Assembly (NCBI GenBank): GCA_038884755.1
Contig: JAWABJ010000001.1
Location: forward strand, 32,001-96,000
Length of the DNA: 64,000 nucleotides
Source: Candidatus Norongarragalinales archaeon
GTDB lineage: Archaea > Micrarchaeota > Micrarchaeia > Norongarragalinales > Norongarragalinaceae
Reading direction: 5' to 3'
The notes under the pieces are model-generated. The model did no database searches. It saw only the letters and a program-made list of their open reading frames with translations, and was not told where the DNA came from. Shown piece by piece: positions 1 through 9,464 of the stretch. Position numbers and translations under genes: made by a program. How positions within the stretch are numbered: the first letter of the stretch is position 1; each line of letters begins with the position of its first letter.

Positions 1-114
1 CGTGACGAAAAGCCACGCGAAGAAGATTGCGGAGAGGGCAGACAAGGCGAAATAGGCTTTCCTTGAAAGGATGGTTTTTTGGGCTTTGAAAAACTCGCCG
101 ATTTTGTTGCCCAT
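1..114 (-). CDS. 5' end of a membrane protein (runs off window)
   Basis: ATG at 114 reads MGNKIGEFFKAQKTILSRKAYFALSALSAIFFAWLFVT, open to the window edge; follows dsbA on the same strand. Confidence 0.6.
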   Translation of the reverse strand, partial: MGNKIGEFFKAQKTILSRKAYFALSALSAIFFAWLFVT

Positions 115-161
115 AGTTTTTTTTTCCTCGCGTTCCGCATGAAAAAAAGAAAAAAGCGCTC

Positions 162-977
162 TCAGCCGGCGAGCGCGTCTATGGCCGCCTTGAACGAGGC
201 GTAAGGCTGGGCTCCGATGAGCCTTCCGCGCACGTCTCCGTTCAAGACTTGGAAGGTGAACCTTCCGCCCGAAGCGTCAGAGCTTTTGGCGACTACGAAC
301 GTCGGCGTGCCGCCAACGAACGTGTCTCCTGGAACGGTGGTTTGCAGTCCTTCGTTCAAGTGCGCATCCACGATTCCGGCTTTTTCGCCCGAATCGAGGC
401 ACTTGTTGAAACCTTGTTCGTTCAAGCCCATATCCTTAGCCCATTTTTTCAGTTCTTCCACCCCGTAGGTTGCGGTGGACCCGTCAGGCTTGAGCTTTTG
501 CTGCTCGTCGAAAATCTTGTCGTGGAATTCCCAGAATTTCCCCTGGTCCCTGGCGCATTCGACCGCTTCCGCGGATTTCTGAGCTGCAGGGTGAATTTGG
601 GTGAGCGGGAAGTGTTTGAAATAGATTTTCACGGTTCCCTTGTCCACGTAGTCTTTAAGAAGCTGCTTGTAAGTGTCGACGTAAAACCGCCTGCAGAACG
701 GGCATTGCAAGTCGGAGTATTCGATTATGGTGACTGGCGCGTTTTCGTCGCCTTTCATGGCAACGTTGTTGACGTCTGCCGTGACGCTTCCCACTTGCGT
801 GGTAGGCGTGGGCTGTACTCCGCCCGTGCCTCCCGTGGGGAAGGATTTCAATGCGGTTTTGAGTTCGTAAACACTGTTGGTGATGCCGCTTGCGGAAACC
901 CAAACCACGCCTGATAATATCAACGCCGACGCGACTATGCTTATCGCAATCATGTACTTTCCTTCGTGTTCGCTCAT
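162..977 (-). CDS. dsbA: Membrane-anchored DsbA-family thiol-disulfide oxidoreductase
   Basis: N-terminal TM; GDENAPVTIIEYSDLQCPFC, YFKHFPL, cis-Pro GGTPTF, GAQPY; start moved to ATG 977 after AGGTGG. Confidence 0.9.
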   Translation of the reverse strand: MSEHEGKYMIAISIVASALILSGVVWVSASGITNSVYELKTALKSFPTGGTGGVQPTPTTQVGSVTADVNNVAMKGDENAPVTIIEYSDLQCPFCRRFYVDTYKQLLKDYVDKGTVKIYFKHFPLTQIHPAAQKSAEAVECARDQGKFWEFHDKIFDEQQKLKPDGSTATYGVEELKKWAKDMGLNEQGFNKCLDSGEKAGIVDAHLNEGLQTTVPGDTFVGGTPTFVVAKSSDASGGRFTFQVLNGDVRGRLIGAQPYASFKAAIDALAG

Positions 978-1000
978 ATTTCCAAACCACCTTTTGTTTT

Positions 1001-1372
1001 TCAATTTTGTTGCGCTATCCTCGCGCCGTGCGCTTCGAGCCACGCGCGCAAAGCTTCTTTTTGCGTGAAGCCCACTTGCCTGTCTCCGTTTGCAGCCAGG
1101 AATGTTGGCGTTCCGCTCACGTCGTACTGCTTCCAGTATTCCGGGTTCACGAGAACGTCCATAAGCCTAACCCTGTATCCCTCTTTCGAGAGTTCTTCGA
1201 GTATTGGCGCTTGCGCCTGGCAGTGAGTGCATTGCGCGCTGTAGAAGTACATAACCGGCGAGTTTTCGTCGACGTAGCCTTTCACGCCCGCGCCGGCGGA
1301 AGCGAAAAAGAACAGAGCTCCGCCCAGCGCTGCAACGGCGATTATTATCAAAACCAGCGTCTTAGTCTGCAT
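1001..1372 (-). CDS. Membrane-anchored thioredoxin-family protein
   Basis: Signal/TM, FYSAQCTHC, YDVSGTPTF. Confidence 0.85.
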   Translation of the reverse strand: MQTKTLVLIIIAVAALGGALFFFASAGAGVKGYVDENSPVMYFYSAQCTHCQAQAPILEELSKEGYRVRLMDVLVNPEYWKQYDVSGTPTFLAANGDRQVGFTQKEALRAWLEAHGARIAQQN

Positions 1373-1447
1373 TTTTTCCCCCACCTTTACTTTTTTTCCA
1401 TTCCTTTTCCTTTCGCGCTCAAGAAAAGCTTTTGCTTTAAACCCCGC

Positions 1448-2608
1448 TCACTCAGTAACGAGCGTTTGGTTTGTCAGGGCATTCTTATAAGTAACGTTGC
1501 TTCCCAGCGAACTCATGTTCCTGAAAACGTGCCACCCGTCTTTTTCAGTGCTGCCGATCTGCTTCCAAACGCCTTCCAGCTGGGTGAATGGATAGTATTC
1601 TTCCATTTCTTCGTCTATTAAAACCGTGGGCAAGAGAGTGATGTTGTATTTTTCAATCAGTTCTTTCGCCTTGGGTTGGGTGTAGTTGTAGTAGGAGATT
1701 TCGGAGAACTGCACGCCCATCCTTCCCAGTATTCTAGAGTGCACTTCCAAATCGTAGCACGCTTTGCAATCCTGGTCGATTATGCCCATGAGGACTGCCA
1801 GTCCTTTGAGCTTTCCTGACGGAATCTCTTGGTACGGCGGCTGCACCAGCCTCCAGACCAGCGCTCCATCCTGCTCTTCGGTTCCGACGCTCTTCCAAGC
1901 ATTTTTCAATCCAAGCTCGTCGTACGCGGCTATGTCTCCGGTGATTATGATTGACGGTATTTTGGTGATGTTGTACTTTTGCGTGAGTTCCTTGCCCTGC
2001 GTGCTGTTGAACTCCCTCTCCTGCTCCTCCACAAAGCGTATTCCAGTCGTGGTTTCGAAATTGCTTTGTATAGTCGTCGCTTGCGTGCAGAGTATGCCGC
2101 AGCTAGAGTTTACCAGGCGCGTGACTTTCAGTTTTCCAACGAATTCTTTCTTTTCCAAGTCGTAGTACATTGGCCTGAGTTTGGTGAGGACGAGCGTGCC
2201 GTCAGCACTTTCCTCGCCGATTTGCCTCCACAAGTTTTTCAAGTTCGAGACTTTTGCCGTTTCTCCCGAAAGCAGTATGGCGGGGACTTTCTTTACGCCG
2301 TATTTGGCTATCAAGTCGCCGGCGTCCTTGTAAGAAACGGTCTTTTCGCTGATTATTTGCACGTCGCCGGCGGATTTTATCATGGTTACGAGCTCTTTCA
2401 AGTCAGTGCAGTACCGGCATTCGGGAACGGTTATTACCGTAAGGACCAGCTGGGCTTTCGGGGTTTGGGTTGTGACTGGCGTTGGCGTAGGCTGTCCGCC
2501 GGAAATCTGGAAGTTGCTGGACACCAGCGCGTAGCCCGCGAGAAGCACTCCCGAGGCAATCAACACGTATAGCGCGCGTTGAAGGTGTTTTTCGGAAAGT
2601 TTAGCCAT
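1448..2608 (-). CDS. Membrane-anchored protein with three tandem thioredoxin-like repeats
   Basis: CRYC, CGILC and CKAC, each followed by a L-x-x-KY-x-[VI]-x-x-x-P segment and a W-x-x-[IV]G-x-x-x-x-DG segment. Confidence 0.75.
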   Translation of the reverse strand: MAKLSEKHLQRALYVLIASGVLLAGYALVSSNFQISGGQPTPTPVTTQTPKAQLVLTVITVPECRYCTDLKELVTMIKSAGDVQIISEKTVSYKDAGDLIAKYGVKKVPAILLSGETAKVSNLKNLWRQIGEESADGTLVLTKLRPMYYDLEKKEFVGKLKVTRLVNSSCGILCTQATTIQSNFETTTGIRFVEEQEREFNSTQGKELTQKYNITKIPSIIITGDIAAYDELGLKNAWKSVGTEEQDGALVWRLVQPPYQEIPSGKLKGLAVLMGIIDQDCKACYDLEVHSRILGRMGVQFSEISYYNYTQPKAKELIEKYNITLLPTVLIDEEMEEYYPFTQLEGVWKQIGSTEKDGWHVFRNMSSLGSNVTYKNALTNQTLVTE

Positions 2609-2724
2609 TCAAAACCACTTTTACGCCACAAAGCCCTTTCGTAATAGGCGCGGAGGCTTGGGCGCAAGCAACCAACCGCCCTCTATTCATTTCGAAAACC
2701 GTTTTTTTAAACAATTGGTTTTGT

Positions 2725-2997
2725 TCAATCACTTGTTGCCTTCAGCCCCCAGTTGTATGAAACTGCAATGAGCCACCCGACGAACCCGCCGACAATCAAA
2801 CCGAGAACGATGCTGGTTACCCACGCGCCTATAGCGAACGCTGGGGAGGCAAACTGCATCATGCCGTAGTACATGCTTCCGTAAGCTCCCATCATGCCGG
2901 CTGGCGTGCCTAGAACCAGGAGCCCGAAAATCCCGTGCAGCGCCGCGCCAGTTATTGCGCCTGAGACTACAGCAGCTTTTTCACTCAATTTTTCCAT
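2725..2997 (-). CDS. Small two-TM membrane protein with Met-rich loop (DUF5676-like)
   Basis: Two hydrophobic helices, loop MMGAYGSMYYGMM, ends IAVSYNW; directly after copA. Confidence 0.65.
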   Translation of the reverse strand: MEKLSEKAAVVSGAITGAALHGIFGLLVLGTPAGMMGAYGSMYYGMMQFASPAFAIGAWVTSIVLGLIVGGFVGWLIAVSYNWGLKATSD

Positions 2998-3015
2998 TCT
3001 TAATGCCCACCTCAC

Positions 3016-5247
3016 TTAGATTTTTTCCAGCCTCAACGACAGCGCGTTTGCAACTACGCTGACGCTGCTCAACGCCATTGCCGCGCCTGCGATTGCGGGC
3101 GACAGCAGCCAGCCCGTTTGCGCGTAGAACACGCCCGCCGCAATCGGAATGCCTATGACGTTGTAAATCATGGCCCAAAACAATCCGAGTTTGATTTTGC
3201 CGAGCGTTTTTCGCCCCAACAGCAGCGCGCGCGGCGCGTCTTCGACGTCGTTTTTCATGAGGACGATGCTTCCCGACTCCATGGCGATGTCCGTTCCGGA
3301 AGCCATTGCTATTCCCACGTCAGCCTGCGCCAAGGCAGGCGCGTCGTTGATGCCGTCTCCCACCATGGCAACTACCTTTCCCTCGTTTTGGAGTTTCTTA
3401 ATTTCTCCAGCCTTGTCCGCAGGTAAAACGTTCGCCAAAACTTTTTCTATTCCCGCTTGTTTTGCTATGGCTTTCGCAGTGCGTTCGTTGTCGCCGGTAA
3501 GCAGCACGGATTGTATTCCCATCGCGCGAAGGGATTCAACGGCTTTTTTCGCGTTGTGTTTTATCGTATCTGCGACTGCTATCACGCCAATGGGCTTGAG
3601 CGTGTCGGCGCGAGCGTTGCTTTCAAACAGAACCATCGCAGTTTTTCCTTCGGTTTCTAGCTTTTCCACTCCTGCAAGGGTTTTGGAATGGTTTTTGGGA
3701 GAGCCGATGAAGTAATGCTTCGCTCCCACTTTTCCGAAAACGCCCTTACCGGCGATTGCCTTGAACGAGGAAACTTTGCTTATCCTGGCTTTCTTTGCAA
3801 GCGCGTGGCCCACTATCGCTTCTGCAAGAGGGTGTTCGCTGGGTTTTTCTAGGGAAGCCGCTATTTCGATTATTTTTTTTTCAGGATAACCTTTGTCCAA
3901 TGCAATGACACGGGTGACTTTAGGTTTTCCTTCGGTGATAGTTCCGGTTTTGTCCCAGACTATAGCGTTTATTTTTCCCGTCCTCTCAAGTGCAACGGCG
4001 CTTTTTATCAAAATGCCTTTTTCAGCGCCCATTCCAGTTCCGACCATTATTGCGGTTGGAGTTGCAAGTCCAAGCGCGCAAGGGCAGGCTATGACGAGGA
4101 CGGAGACTGCAGCGACCAAAGCAAACGAAAACGCCTGCCCCGAGAAAAGCCAAGCGGCGAACGTCAGCATGGCGATGATGATAACTATGGGGACGAAAAC
4201 TGCTGAGACTTCGTCCGCAAAACGCTGTATGGGCGCTTGCGAGCCTTGCGCTTCCTCGACGAGCTTGATTATTTGCGACAACACCGTGTCCTTTCCTACT
4301 TTGGTTGCCTTGAATGTGAGCGAGCCGTGCTTGTTTAGCGTAGCGCCGTAAACTTTCGAGCCTTTCGTTTTTTCGACTGGCAGTGATTCGCCAGTAAGCA
4401 TGCTTTCGTCAACGCTCGAGTCTCCTTCAACAACAATTCCGTCGACCGGAATTTTCTCGCCGGGCCGCACGCGAATCAAATCCCCTGCAACCACTTGCTC
4501 TATGGGAATTTCTTTTTCCCTTCCGTTGCGTATTACGATGGCGGTTTTCGGATTCAATCCCACGAGTTTTTTGATCGCTTCCGAAGCCCTGCCTTTCGCG
4601 ATTGCTTCAAGATACTTCCCGAGCAGCACGAACGTAATCAAAATCGCTCCTATCTCGAAATAATTTTCTTTCACTAGCCCGAAGAGCGATGCGACCGAGT
4701 AAAAATAAGCGGCGCTAGTGCCCATTGCGATGAGCGTGTCCATGTTCGCGCTGAAAACGCGCAACCCGGAGAGAGTTCCTTGGTAGAATTGCTTGCCTGC
4801 CCAGAACTGAACTGGCGTGGCGAGCAAAAACAAGACTAGCGTTTTGAATTGGAATTCTGGCGTGAGCATTACTAATGCGAGGGCGGGAAACGAAAGCGCA
4901 GCTGAAACAATTACTTTTAATTTGAGCTCGTGCAGTTCACTTTCCTTAAGCATGGCCACGTGGTCATGTCCCGGCATTCCCATTGCTGGCGAAGGCGTGG
5001 AGTGGCCCATTTGCTTGGACTGCATTCCCTCCTCCATTCGGGGATACGCTTTGTAGCCGGTTTGCTCGACCGTGCTTACGATTTTTTTCTCGTCGCACTG
5101 GCGTTCATCGTATTCCACCGTCGCCTTTTCAGTCGCGTAATTCACGTTTGCGCTTTGCACTCCTGGCGTTTTCTCGAGCCTGCGTTTTATCAATACGCTG
5201 CACGAGGCACAGTGCATTCCTCCTATGTCGAAAACGCCTTTCCTCAT
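3016..5247 (-). CDS. copA: Cu(I)-translocating P1B-type ATPase
   Basis: [36 protein letters not shown] and MALSS motifs of P1B-1 ATPases. Confidence 0.97.
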   Translation of the reverse strand: MRKGVFDIGGMHCASCSVLIKRRLEKTPGVQSANVNYATEKATVEYDERQCDEKKIVSTVEQTGYKAYPRMEEGMQSKQMGHSTPSPAMGMPGHDHVAMLKESELHELKLKVIVSAALSFPALALVMLTPEFQFKTLVLFLLATPVQFWAGKQFYQGTLSGLRVFSANMDTLIAMGTSAAYFYSVASLFGLVKENYFEIGAILITFVLLGKYLEAIAKGRASEAIKKLVGLNPKTAIVIRNGREKEIPIEQVVAGDLIRVRPGEKIPVDGIVVEGDSSVDESMLTGESLPVEKTKGSKVYGATLNKHGSLTFKATKVGKDTVLSQIIKLVEEAQGSQAPIQRFADEVSAVFVPIVIIIAMLTFAAWLFSGQAFSFALVAAVSVLVIACPCALGLATPTAIMVGTGMGAEKGILIKSAVALERTGKINAIVWDKTGTITEGKPKVTRVIALDKGYPEKKIIEIAASLEKPSEHPLAEAIVGHALAKKARISKVSSFKAIAGKGVFGKVGAKHYFIGSPKNHSKTLAGVEKLETEGKTAMVLFESNARADTLKPIGVIAVADTIKHNAKKAVESLRAMGIQSVLLTGDNERTAKAIAKQAGIEKVLANVLPADKAGEIKKLQNEGKVVAMVGDGINDAPALAQADVGIAMASGTDIAMESGSIVLMKNDVEDAPRALLLGRKTLGKIKLGLFWAMIYNVIGIPIAAGVFYAQTGWLLSPAIAGAAMALSSVSVVANALSLRLEKI

Positions 5248-5248
5248 T

Positions 5249-6193
5249 TCAACCGCCAAAGCCAACCCACGCCAAAGGCCCTTTGGGCGCGTAGACCATT
5301 ATCAAAACCAGTAGTAGTCCTACGGCCACGTTTGCAGCTACGATGTTCGGGCCAGACGGGAGTTTCGCCTTTCCTTCCCTTCCACCCGCTTCCTTCCAGA
5401 TCATGTAGCTCAACCCGCCCAAAACCACCGTGCAGGCAGCGAAAAGAATGAAGAGGAATGTGATGACGTGGTCGTTCAACAGCATTATGGTAGTCATGGC
5501 GCCCATTATTCCCGCCATCAAGCCCGCCATCAGCCCTTCCAGCACGCCCATTATCCCGCAGCAATAGCCCGTGTAAGCGCCTACGGCCATTCCGAAAAGC
5601 ATTCCGACCACGCTTCCGACGAACATTCCGTTGGAAGCCGCGACAACCGCACCGGCCATGAACCCGGTCATCATTCCCAACGCCATCCCTACCATCATTC
5701 CGTTCATGCACGTGAATTCCTTGCGGTACGCGATTGAATGCCACACTGCAAAGGCGTTGGCGCTTACTGCAACGGCAGAAAGCACGAACAGCCATTTGTA
5801 ATCCGCCAGCGGAATGTTCAGCACTATGGCTGCAAGAATTTCCGCGCCTATGGTAAGCAGGAAAGACAATAGCGTTGCTTGCAACAGTGACTGCTCCACT
5901 TGAAACCCGTGCTTTCCCCCGAACATCCCGAAAACGTAGTTCTTGCCGCTTTCGAAGGGGCTTTTTTCAACAGAGTAGTCTGTTTGCAGGGGCTGGCTGG
6001 AAAGGGAATATCCTTTCTCACGGACGGCCTGGATTATTTGCTTTTCGTCTTCCGGCTCGCACTCTATCGTGATGGCGCCAGTGTACTGGTTTGCCTCGAC
6101 CAGGCTCGCGCCGGGAAAAGAGGAAACGACGCGAGAAATAACGCGGGCGCAAGACTCGCACTCGAAGCCCTTTACGTAATAAGTGAATTTCAT
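5249..6193 (-). CDS. HMA domain fused to a Met/Gly-rich multi-pass membrane domain
   Basis: GFECESC N-terminus; [26 protein letters not shown] and [13 protein letters not shown] helices. Confidence 0.8.
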   Translation of the reverse strand: MKFTYYVKGFECESCARVISRVVSSFPGASLVEANQYTGAITIECEPEDEKQIIQAVREKGYSLSSQPLQTDYSVEKSPFESGKNYVFGMFGGKHGFQVEQSLLQATLLSFLLTIGAEILAAIVLNIPLADYKWLFVLSAVAVSANAFAVWHSIAYRKEFTCMNGMMVGMALGMMTGFMAGAVVAASNGMFVGSVVGMLFGMAVGAYTGYCCGIMGVLEGLMAGLMAGIMGAMTTIMLLNDHVITFLFILFAACTVVLGGLSYMIWKEAGGREGKAKLPSGPNIVAANVAVGLLLVLIMVYAPKGPLAWVGFGG

Positions 6194-6214
6194 TTTTTTT
6201 CCCCCCCGGCTTTT

Positions 6215-6418
6215 TCAACTTAAAACAGCATAACCCTCTTTTTCGATTGCTTTCTTGATTTGAGTTTCGCTTGCCGGGGGTTCGAACTCCACCTCAACCG
6301 AGTTTTTCGAGTGGTTGGCTTTCACGTGAGAAACGCCCGTTATTTCGGATATAGCGTCTTCCACGAGAATTTCGCAGCTTTTGCAGTGCATTCCTTTTGT
6401 TTTGAAGCTTTTTTTCAT
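6215..6418 (-). CDS. copZ: Copper chaperone (single HMA domain)
   Basis: KGMHCKSC ... IEKEGY; start at ATG 6418 or 6424. Confidence 0.9.
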   Translation of the reverse strand: MKKSFKTKGMHCKSCEILVEDAISEITGVSHVKANHSKNSVEVEFEPPASETQIKKAIEKEGYAVLS

Positions 6419-6423
6419 GTACA

Positions 6424-6867
6424 TCACTCTGCTACGAGCTTTCCGCGGAACATGTTCATGCTGCACCTGTAAACGAATTCTCCTGCAGGCGGAGTGAAGC
6501 GGAAAGTCTGTATCTTGCCGCTTTCAGCTACTGCCCTTATGCCGAAGTCTTTCATCACGAAAGAGCGGCTGCAGCCGGCGGTCTTGTCCGCGGTGAGCCT
6601 GAGCTCGACAGGAACGCCCGCCTTGACCCTCACCGTGGAAGGCTCGTATCCCGACGCCGTCGCCGTTATTTCGACCACCTGCGCTTTCCTTTCTTCATCA
6701 GTCGGTTGCTGTCCCGTGTTTATACCGCTTCCAGACGTCGAAGGGATTGAGAAAATCAAAAGCCCAACGCCGAGAATGCCGAGCGCAATCAAGCCTAATA
6801 GTATTAACGCACCTTTTTCCAACATAAACACCCTGCCGTAATCATGCGGATTTTTCTTGTTCCCCAC
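6424..6867 (-). CDS. Membrane-anchored cupredoxin-domain protein (CupA-like)
   Basis: TM, GYEPSTVRVKAGVPV, GCSRSF, FVYRCSMNMFRGKL; alternative start ATG 6825. Confidence 0.85.
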   Translation of the reverse strand: MGNKKNPHDYGRVFMLEKGALILLGLIALGILGVGLLIFSIPSTSGSGINTGQQPTDEERKAQVVEITATASGYEPSTVRVKAGVPVELRLTADKTAGCSRSFVMKDFGIRAVAESGKIQTFRFTPPAGEFVYRCSMNMFRGKLVAE

Positions 6868-6876
6868 AAGAAATTT

Positions 6877-7134
6877 TCAGCTTTTTTCAAAGTAATTGTA
6901 AACTTTTGCGTAAAGAGCGCCGATGGCGAATCCCGAAATCATGCTCAAGGCCAGCCCTATTGCCGTAGTAACAACATCCAGAGGTTTTGAGTTCAACAAA
7001 ATGCCGTGGAAAATGTAGTTTCCGAATGCCAGCGTCAAGTCCGGCAAGAGCGTAAAGGCAATGGCGCAAACCACGTACAAAATGCCCCACGTGCCGCCTA
7101 CAGCGTATCCTGTTTTCTTCGCGTCCAAAGCCAT
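6877..7134 (-). CDS. Small two-TM membrane protein (DUF5676-like), first gene of the cop operon
   Basis: LYVVCA, IFHG, ends YAKVYNYF; same layout as 2725-2997. Confidence 0.7.
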   Translation of the reverse strand: MALDAKKTGYAVGGTWGILYVVCAIAFTLLPDLTLAFGNYIFHGILLNSKPLDVVTTAIGLALSMISGFAIGALYAKVYNYFEKS

Positions 7135-7183
7135 TCTTTTTCCTCTGAATTCCAATTCGCTTTACATAATGCAGCGCACCGGG

Positions 7184-7210
7184 TATTTAAAGTTTTACTA
7201 CAACTGTAAA
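7184..7210 (-). promoter_or_regulatory. TATA-like box plus operator palindrome (copy 1)
   Basis: TTTACT-ACAAC-TGTAAA at 7194-7210, 2 nt from minus-strand TTTAAATA (7184-7191). Confidence 0.75.
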
Positions 7211-7214
7211 GCTT

Positions 7215-7535
7215 TTAACCCAGTATTTCGCCAAGAGTTTTTCCGGTTGCCTTACGCAGGAATGAAGGTTCAACTTGCCTGAGGCAATCGGCGTATTGCC
7301 CTGGGTGGTGAGACAAGTGCTGTACGTTCGCCTCATCCTTTAAATTCCCGCACTCGTTTCCCAAAGCCTGCGCCTGCGCAGCGAAATACTGTTCGTTGGA
7401 CTGCGTTTCCAAAAGCAGTCCGCGCGAGTCTCGGTCCAACTGGGGTTTTGACGTTGCGGCGAAAGCGCTCCAAGCCAAGACCAGCGTGGAGCCGAAAATC
7501 ACGGCGTAAAGCAGGTATTCGTTTTTCATTTCCAT
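7215..7535 (-). CDS. Small secreted/anchored protein with C...HLSHH...C motif
   Basis: Signal-like N-terminus; ECGNLKDEANVQHLSHHPGQYADCL. Confidence 0.75.
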   Translation of the reverse strand: MEMKNEYLLYAVIFGSTLVLAWSAFAATSKPQLDRDSRGLLLETQSNEQYFAAQAQALGNECGNLKDEANVQHLSHHPGQYADCLRQVEPSFLRKATGKTLGEILG

Positions 7536-7563
7536 TTCAAACCATCTCCGTTTTTTTTTTCAA

Positions 7564-8133
7564 TCACTCCAAAAACCTCGCCGCGTAAGCCGCGATTATC
7601 GCAACACTCGCGACGATGCTCGCCTTGAATGCGAAATCGAATTGCGCCGCGCTAAAATGCCTGATTACCGGGTATTTTCCGCCGATGCGAATTTTCTTGA
7701 AAACCCCCAGCATCATGATTATGCCTACGACGTTCGACAACACTCCGATAATCAGGAACAGTTCTTGGTATCGCGATAAAACCGTTGCGAAGGCGGCAAG
7801 CCCCACGAACGGGAGTGCGTCTGTGAAGTGGTGGGCGCAGCACGCGACCATGGCGCCTGTTGACATGCCTCCCGCTGCAGCAACGCCGCCCTTAGCTTTC
7901 GCCAGCGCCGTTTTTTCGGCAATCGATTTTTTGAGCGTGGCGTAGAGGTACGCTTGGGTGGCGAAGCCCATTACGAGCGCAGCAATCCACGGGAAAAGCC
8001 TTTTGAATTCTGCAGCAGCTACGTCCCACGGGTTTGTAGCAAGCATGAGCCCGAAGAATACGGCGAGCAGGAACGAGCCTCCCGCTATTCCAGCCAAAAG
8101 GGGGTGTTTCCACAACGGCGAACACGAAGCCAA
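7564..8133 (-). CDS. Multi-pass membrane protein with MVACCAHH motif
   Basis: About 5 hydrophobic helices, GMSTGAMVACCAHH; TTG start. Confidence 0.8.
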   Translation of the reverse strand: MASCSPLWKHPLLAGIAGGSFLLAVFFGLMLATNPWDVAAAEFKRLFPWIAALVMGFATQAYLYATLKKSIAEKTALAKAKGGVAAAGGMSTGAMVACCAHHFTDALPFVGLAAFATVLSRYQELFLIIGVLSNVVGIIMMLGVFKKIRIGGKYPVIRHFSAAQFDFAFKASIVASVAIIAAYAARFLE

Positions 8134-8136
8134 GCG

Positions 8137-8165
8137 ATTACCTTTACAACTTTTGTAAAAGTAAT
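8137..8165. promoter_or_regulatory. Operator palindrome (copy 2)
   Basis: ATTAC-C-TTTACA-ACTTT-TGTAAA-A-GTAAT; core 8143-8159, downstream of minus-strand TATTTAAG (8178-8185). Confidence 0.8.
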
Positions 8166-8205
8166 GGCGTGCTTCCGCTTAAATAGTTTTTGCTTTTCTC
8201 GGCGT

Positions 8206-8961
8206 TTAGCAGTCGAGGGAAACCTTGCGTTTTGCGGAATCGAGATGTCGGCAAGTGTCTTGCCTGCTTGCTGCGTAAGAATCGGCTTTGAGCTCCTCTG
8301 TGTCTACGCTGAACCCGAAGCTGCGCACTGCGGCGAAAGGCGAGAATGCCTTCAGGAGTGCGGAAGAGAACTTGAACCACGAAGATGCGTTTTTCACGTG
8401 CGCCAATTCGTGCAAGAGCACCGCCTCGATTTCCTTTTTGTTGAGAGTCTCTTGCATTCCCACACTGACGAAAATGCTGGGATTGAAGAAACCAAGCGTA
8501 AATGCAGAAGGCTTGCCGGAATCGAGTGACCGCAGTTCCGGCGTTTTGGAAAGCTTCAGCCGCCTGGCTTCGTTTTCAACGAACCTGCGCAGGCCCTGCG
8601 GCGCTTTCAAGCTCGTTTGCTTGTAATAACGCGGCAGCATTATGAATCCCGCAATCACGGTTCCGATTATGATAAGAGGCAGCGAATAGAGCAGGAATTG
8701 GGTTATTGTAACCGCGCATGTTATCGAAGCGACTTGGCAGGAAATGGACAATGCAAGGAAAACAAGCGGCGCGAACAGGAACGCCAAATGCAAATACACC
8801 AGCGAAATGCGCTGCTTGTGCGAGAGTGTTTTGTCGTTGAGTTTTAGGAACAATAGAAGCGCTAGTGCAAGCGAGGTTATCGAGAGGGTTACGTTGACGG
8901 GATTAGCGAAAAAACCTGCTACGACGTCAGCCAAATGCTCCAGCATCAGGTCTTCAAACAT
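8206..8961 (-). CDS. BlaR1-like membrane zinc metallopeptidase (M56/M48) without penicillin-binding domain
   Basis: Three N-terminal TMs, PSAFTLG...IFVSVG, EIEAVLLHELAHVK, EELKAD; directly after the BlaI-family gene. Confidence 0.85.
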   Translation of the reverse strand: MFEDLMLEHLADVVAGFFANPVNVTLSITSLALALLLFLKLNDKTLSHKQRISLVYLHLAFLFAPLVFLALSISCQVASITCAVTITQFLLYSLPLIIIGTVIAGFIMLPRYYKQTSLKAPQGLRRFVENEARRLKLSKTPELRSLDSGKPSAFTLGFFNPSIFVSVGMQETLNKKEIEAVLLHELAHVKNASSWFKFSSALLKAFSPFAAVRSFGFSVDTEELKADSYAASRQDTCRHLDSAKRKVSLDC

Positions 8962-8971
8962 TCAACCACAA

Positions 8972-9349
8972 TTACTTCTTGAAGCGCTCGTTAAAATAGC
9001 TTACAGCAGTGCTTCCGAAGCCCTCTATAAGCTTGTTGACTGCGTTTTCCAAAACCGAGTATTCCAGGTCTTTCTTCGAGGCTTTCGCGCTGTAAACGTA
9101 ATACTGCCCGCCTCTGCCGTAAAGCGCTTTGCGTGTAACCAGCTTTTTGTCGTGCAGCCTGTCGAGAATGACTGCCACGCTGGTCAAGGCGCTTTTGCTT
9201 TTCAGCTTTTTGTGAATATCGCGCACGGTCGCTTCGCGACATCTGCACAGCACTTCCAAAACCTCGCTTTCGAGCGGGCTGAGCAAAGCGTTCAATCCCT
9301 TGGTTTTCGATCCCAGCTTTTCAAAACGTAGGCCCTTCACGTCTACCAT
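8972..9349 (-). CDS. BlaI/MecI/CopY-family winged-helix repressor
   Basis: LSPLESEVLEVL, ATVRDI, TSVAVILDRLHDKKLVTR, YVYSA; no C-terminal CopY Cys cluster. Confidence 0.9.
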   Translation of the reverse strand: MVDVKGLRFEKLGSKTKGLNALLSPLESEVLEVLCRCREATVRDIHKKLKSKSALTSVAVILDRLHDKKLVTRKALYGRGGQYYVYSAKASKKDLEYSVLENAVNKLIEGFGSTAVSYFNERFKK

Positions 9350-9371
9350 AGAATGAAAATGCCACTTGCCT

Positions 9372-9408
9372 TATTTAAAGCTTTACAACAAATGCAAAGG
9401 TTTATTAA
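9372..9408. promoter_or_regulatory. Back-to-back TATA-like boxes flanking operator (copy 3)
   Basis: Minus-strand TTTAAATA 9372-9379, TTTACA-ACAAA-TGCAAA 9382-9398, plus-strand TTTATTAA 9401-9408. Confidence 0.75.
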
Positions 9409-9437
9409 ACACCTGCGACACGAAACTTTCGTAAAGT

Positions 9438-9454
9438 TTTACAAATGTTGTAAA
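9438..9454. promoter_or_regulatory. Operator palindrome (copy 4)
   Basis: TTTACA-AATGT-TGTAAA just upstream of the rightward gene. Confidence 0.8.
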
Positions 9455-9464
9455 GGTGGTTGTT

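Noticed and set aside
6194..6207. T and C homopolymer runs as a phase-variation site
   Set aside because: Intergenic, and G-rich RBS plus A-run before ATG is common across this window
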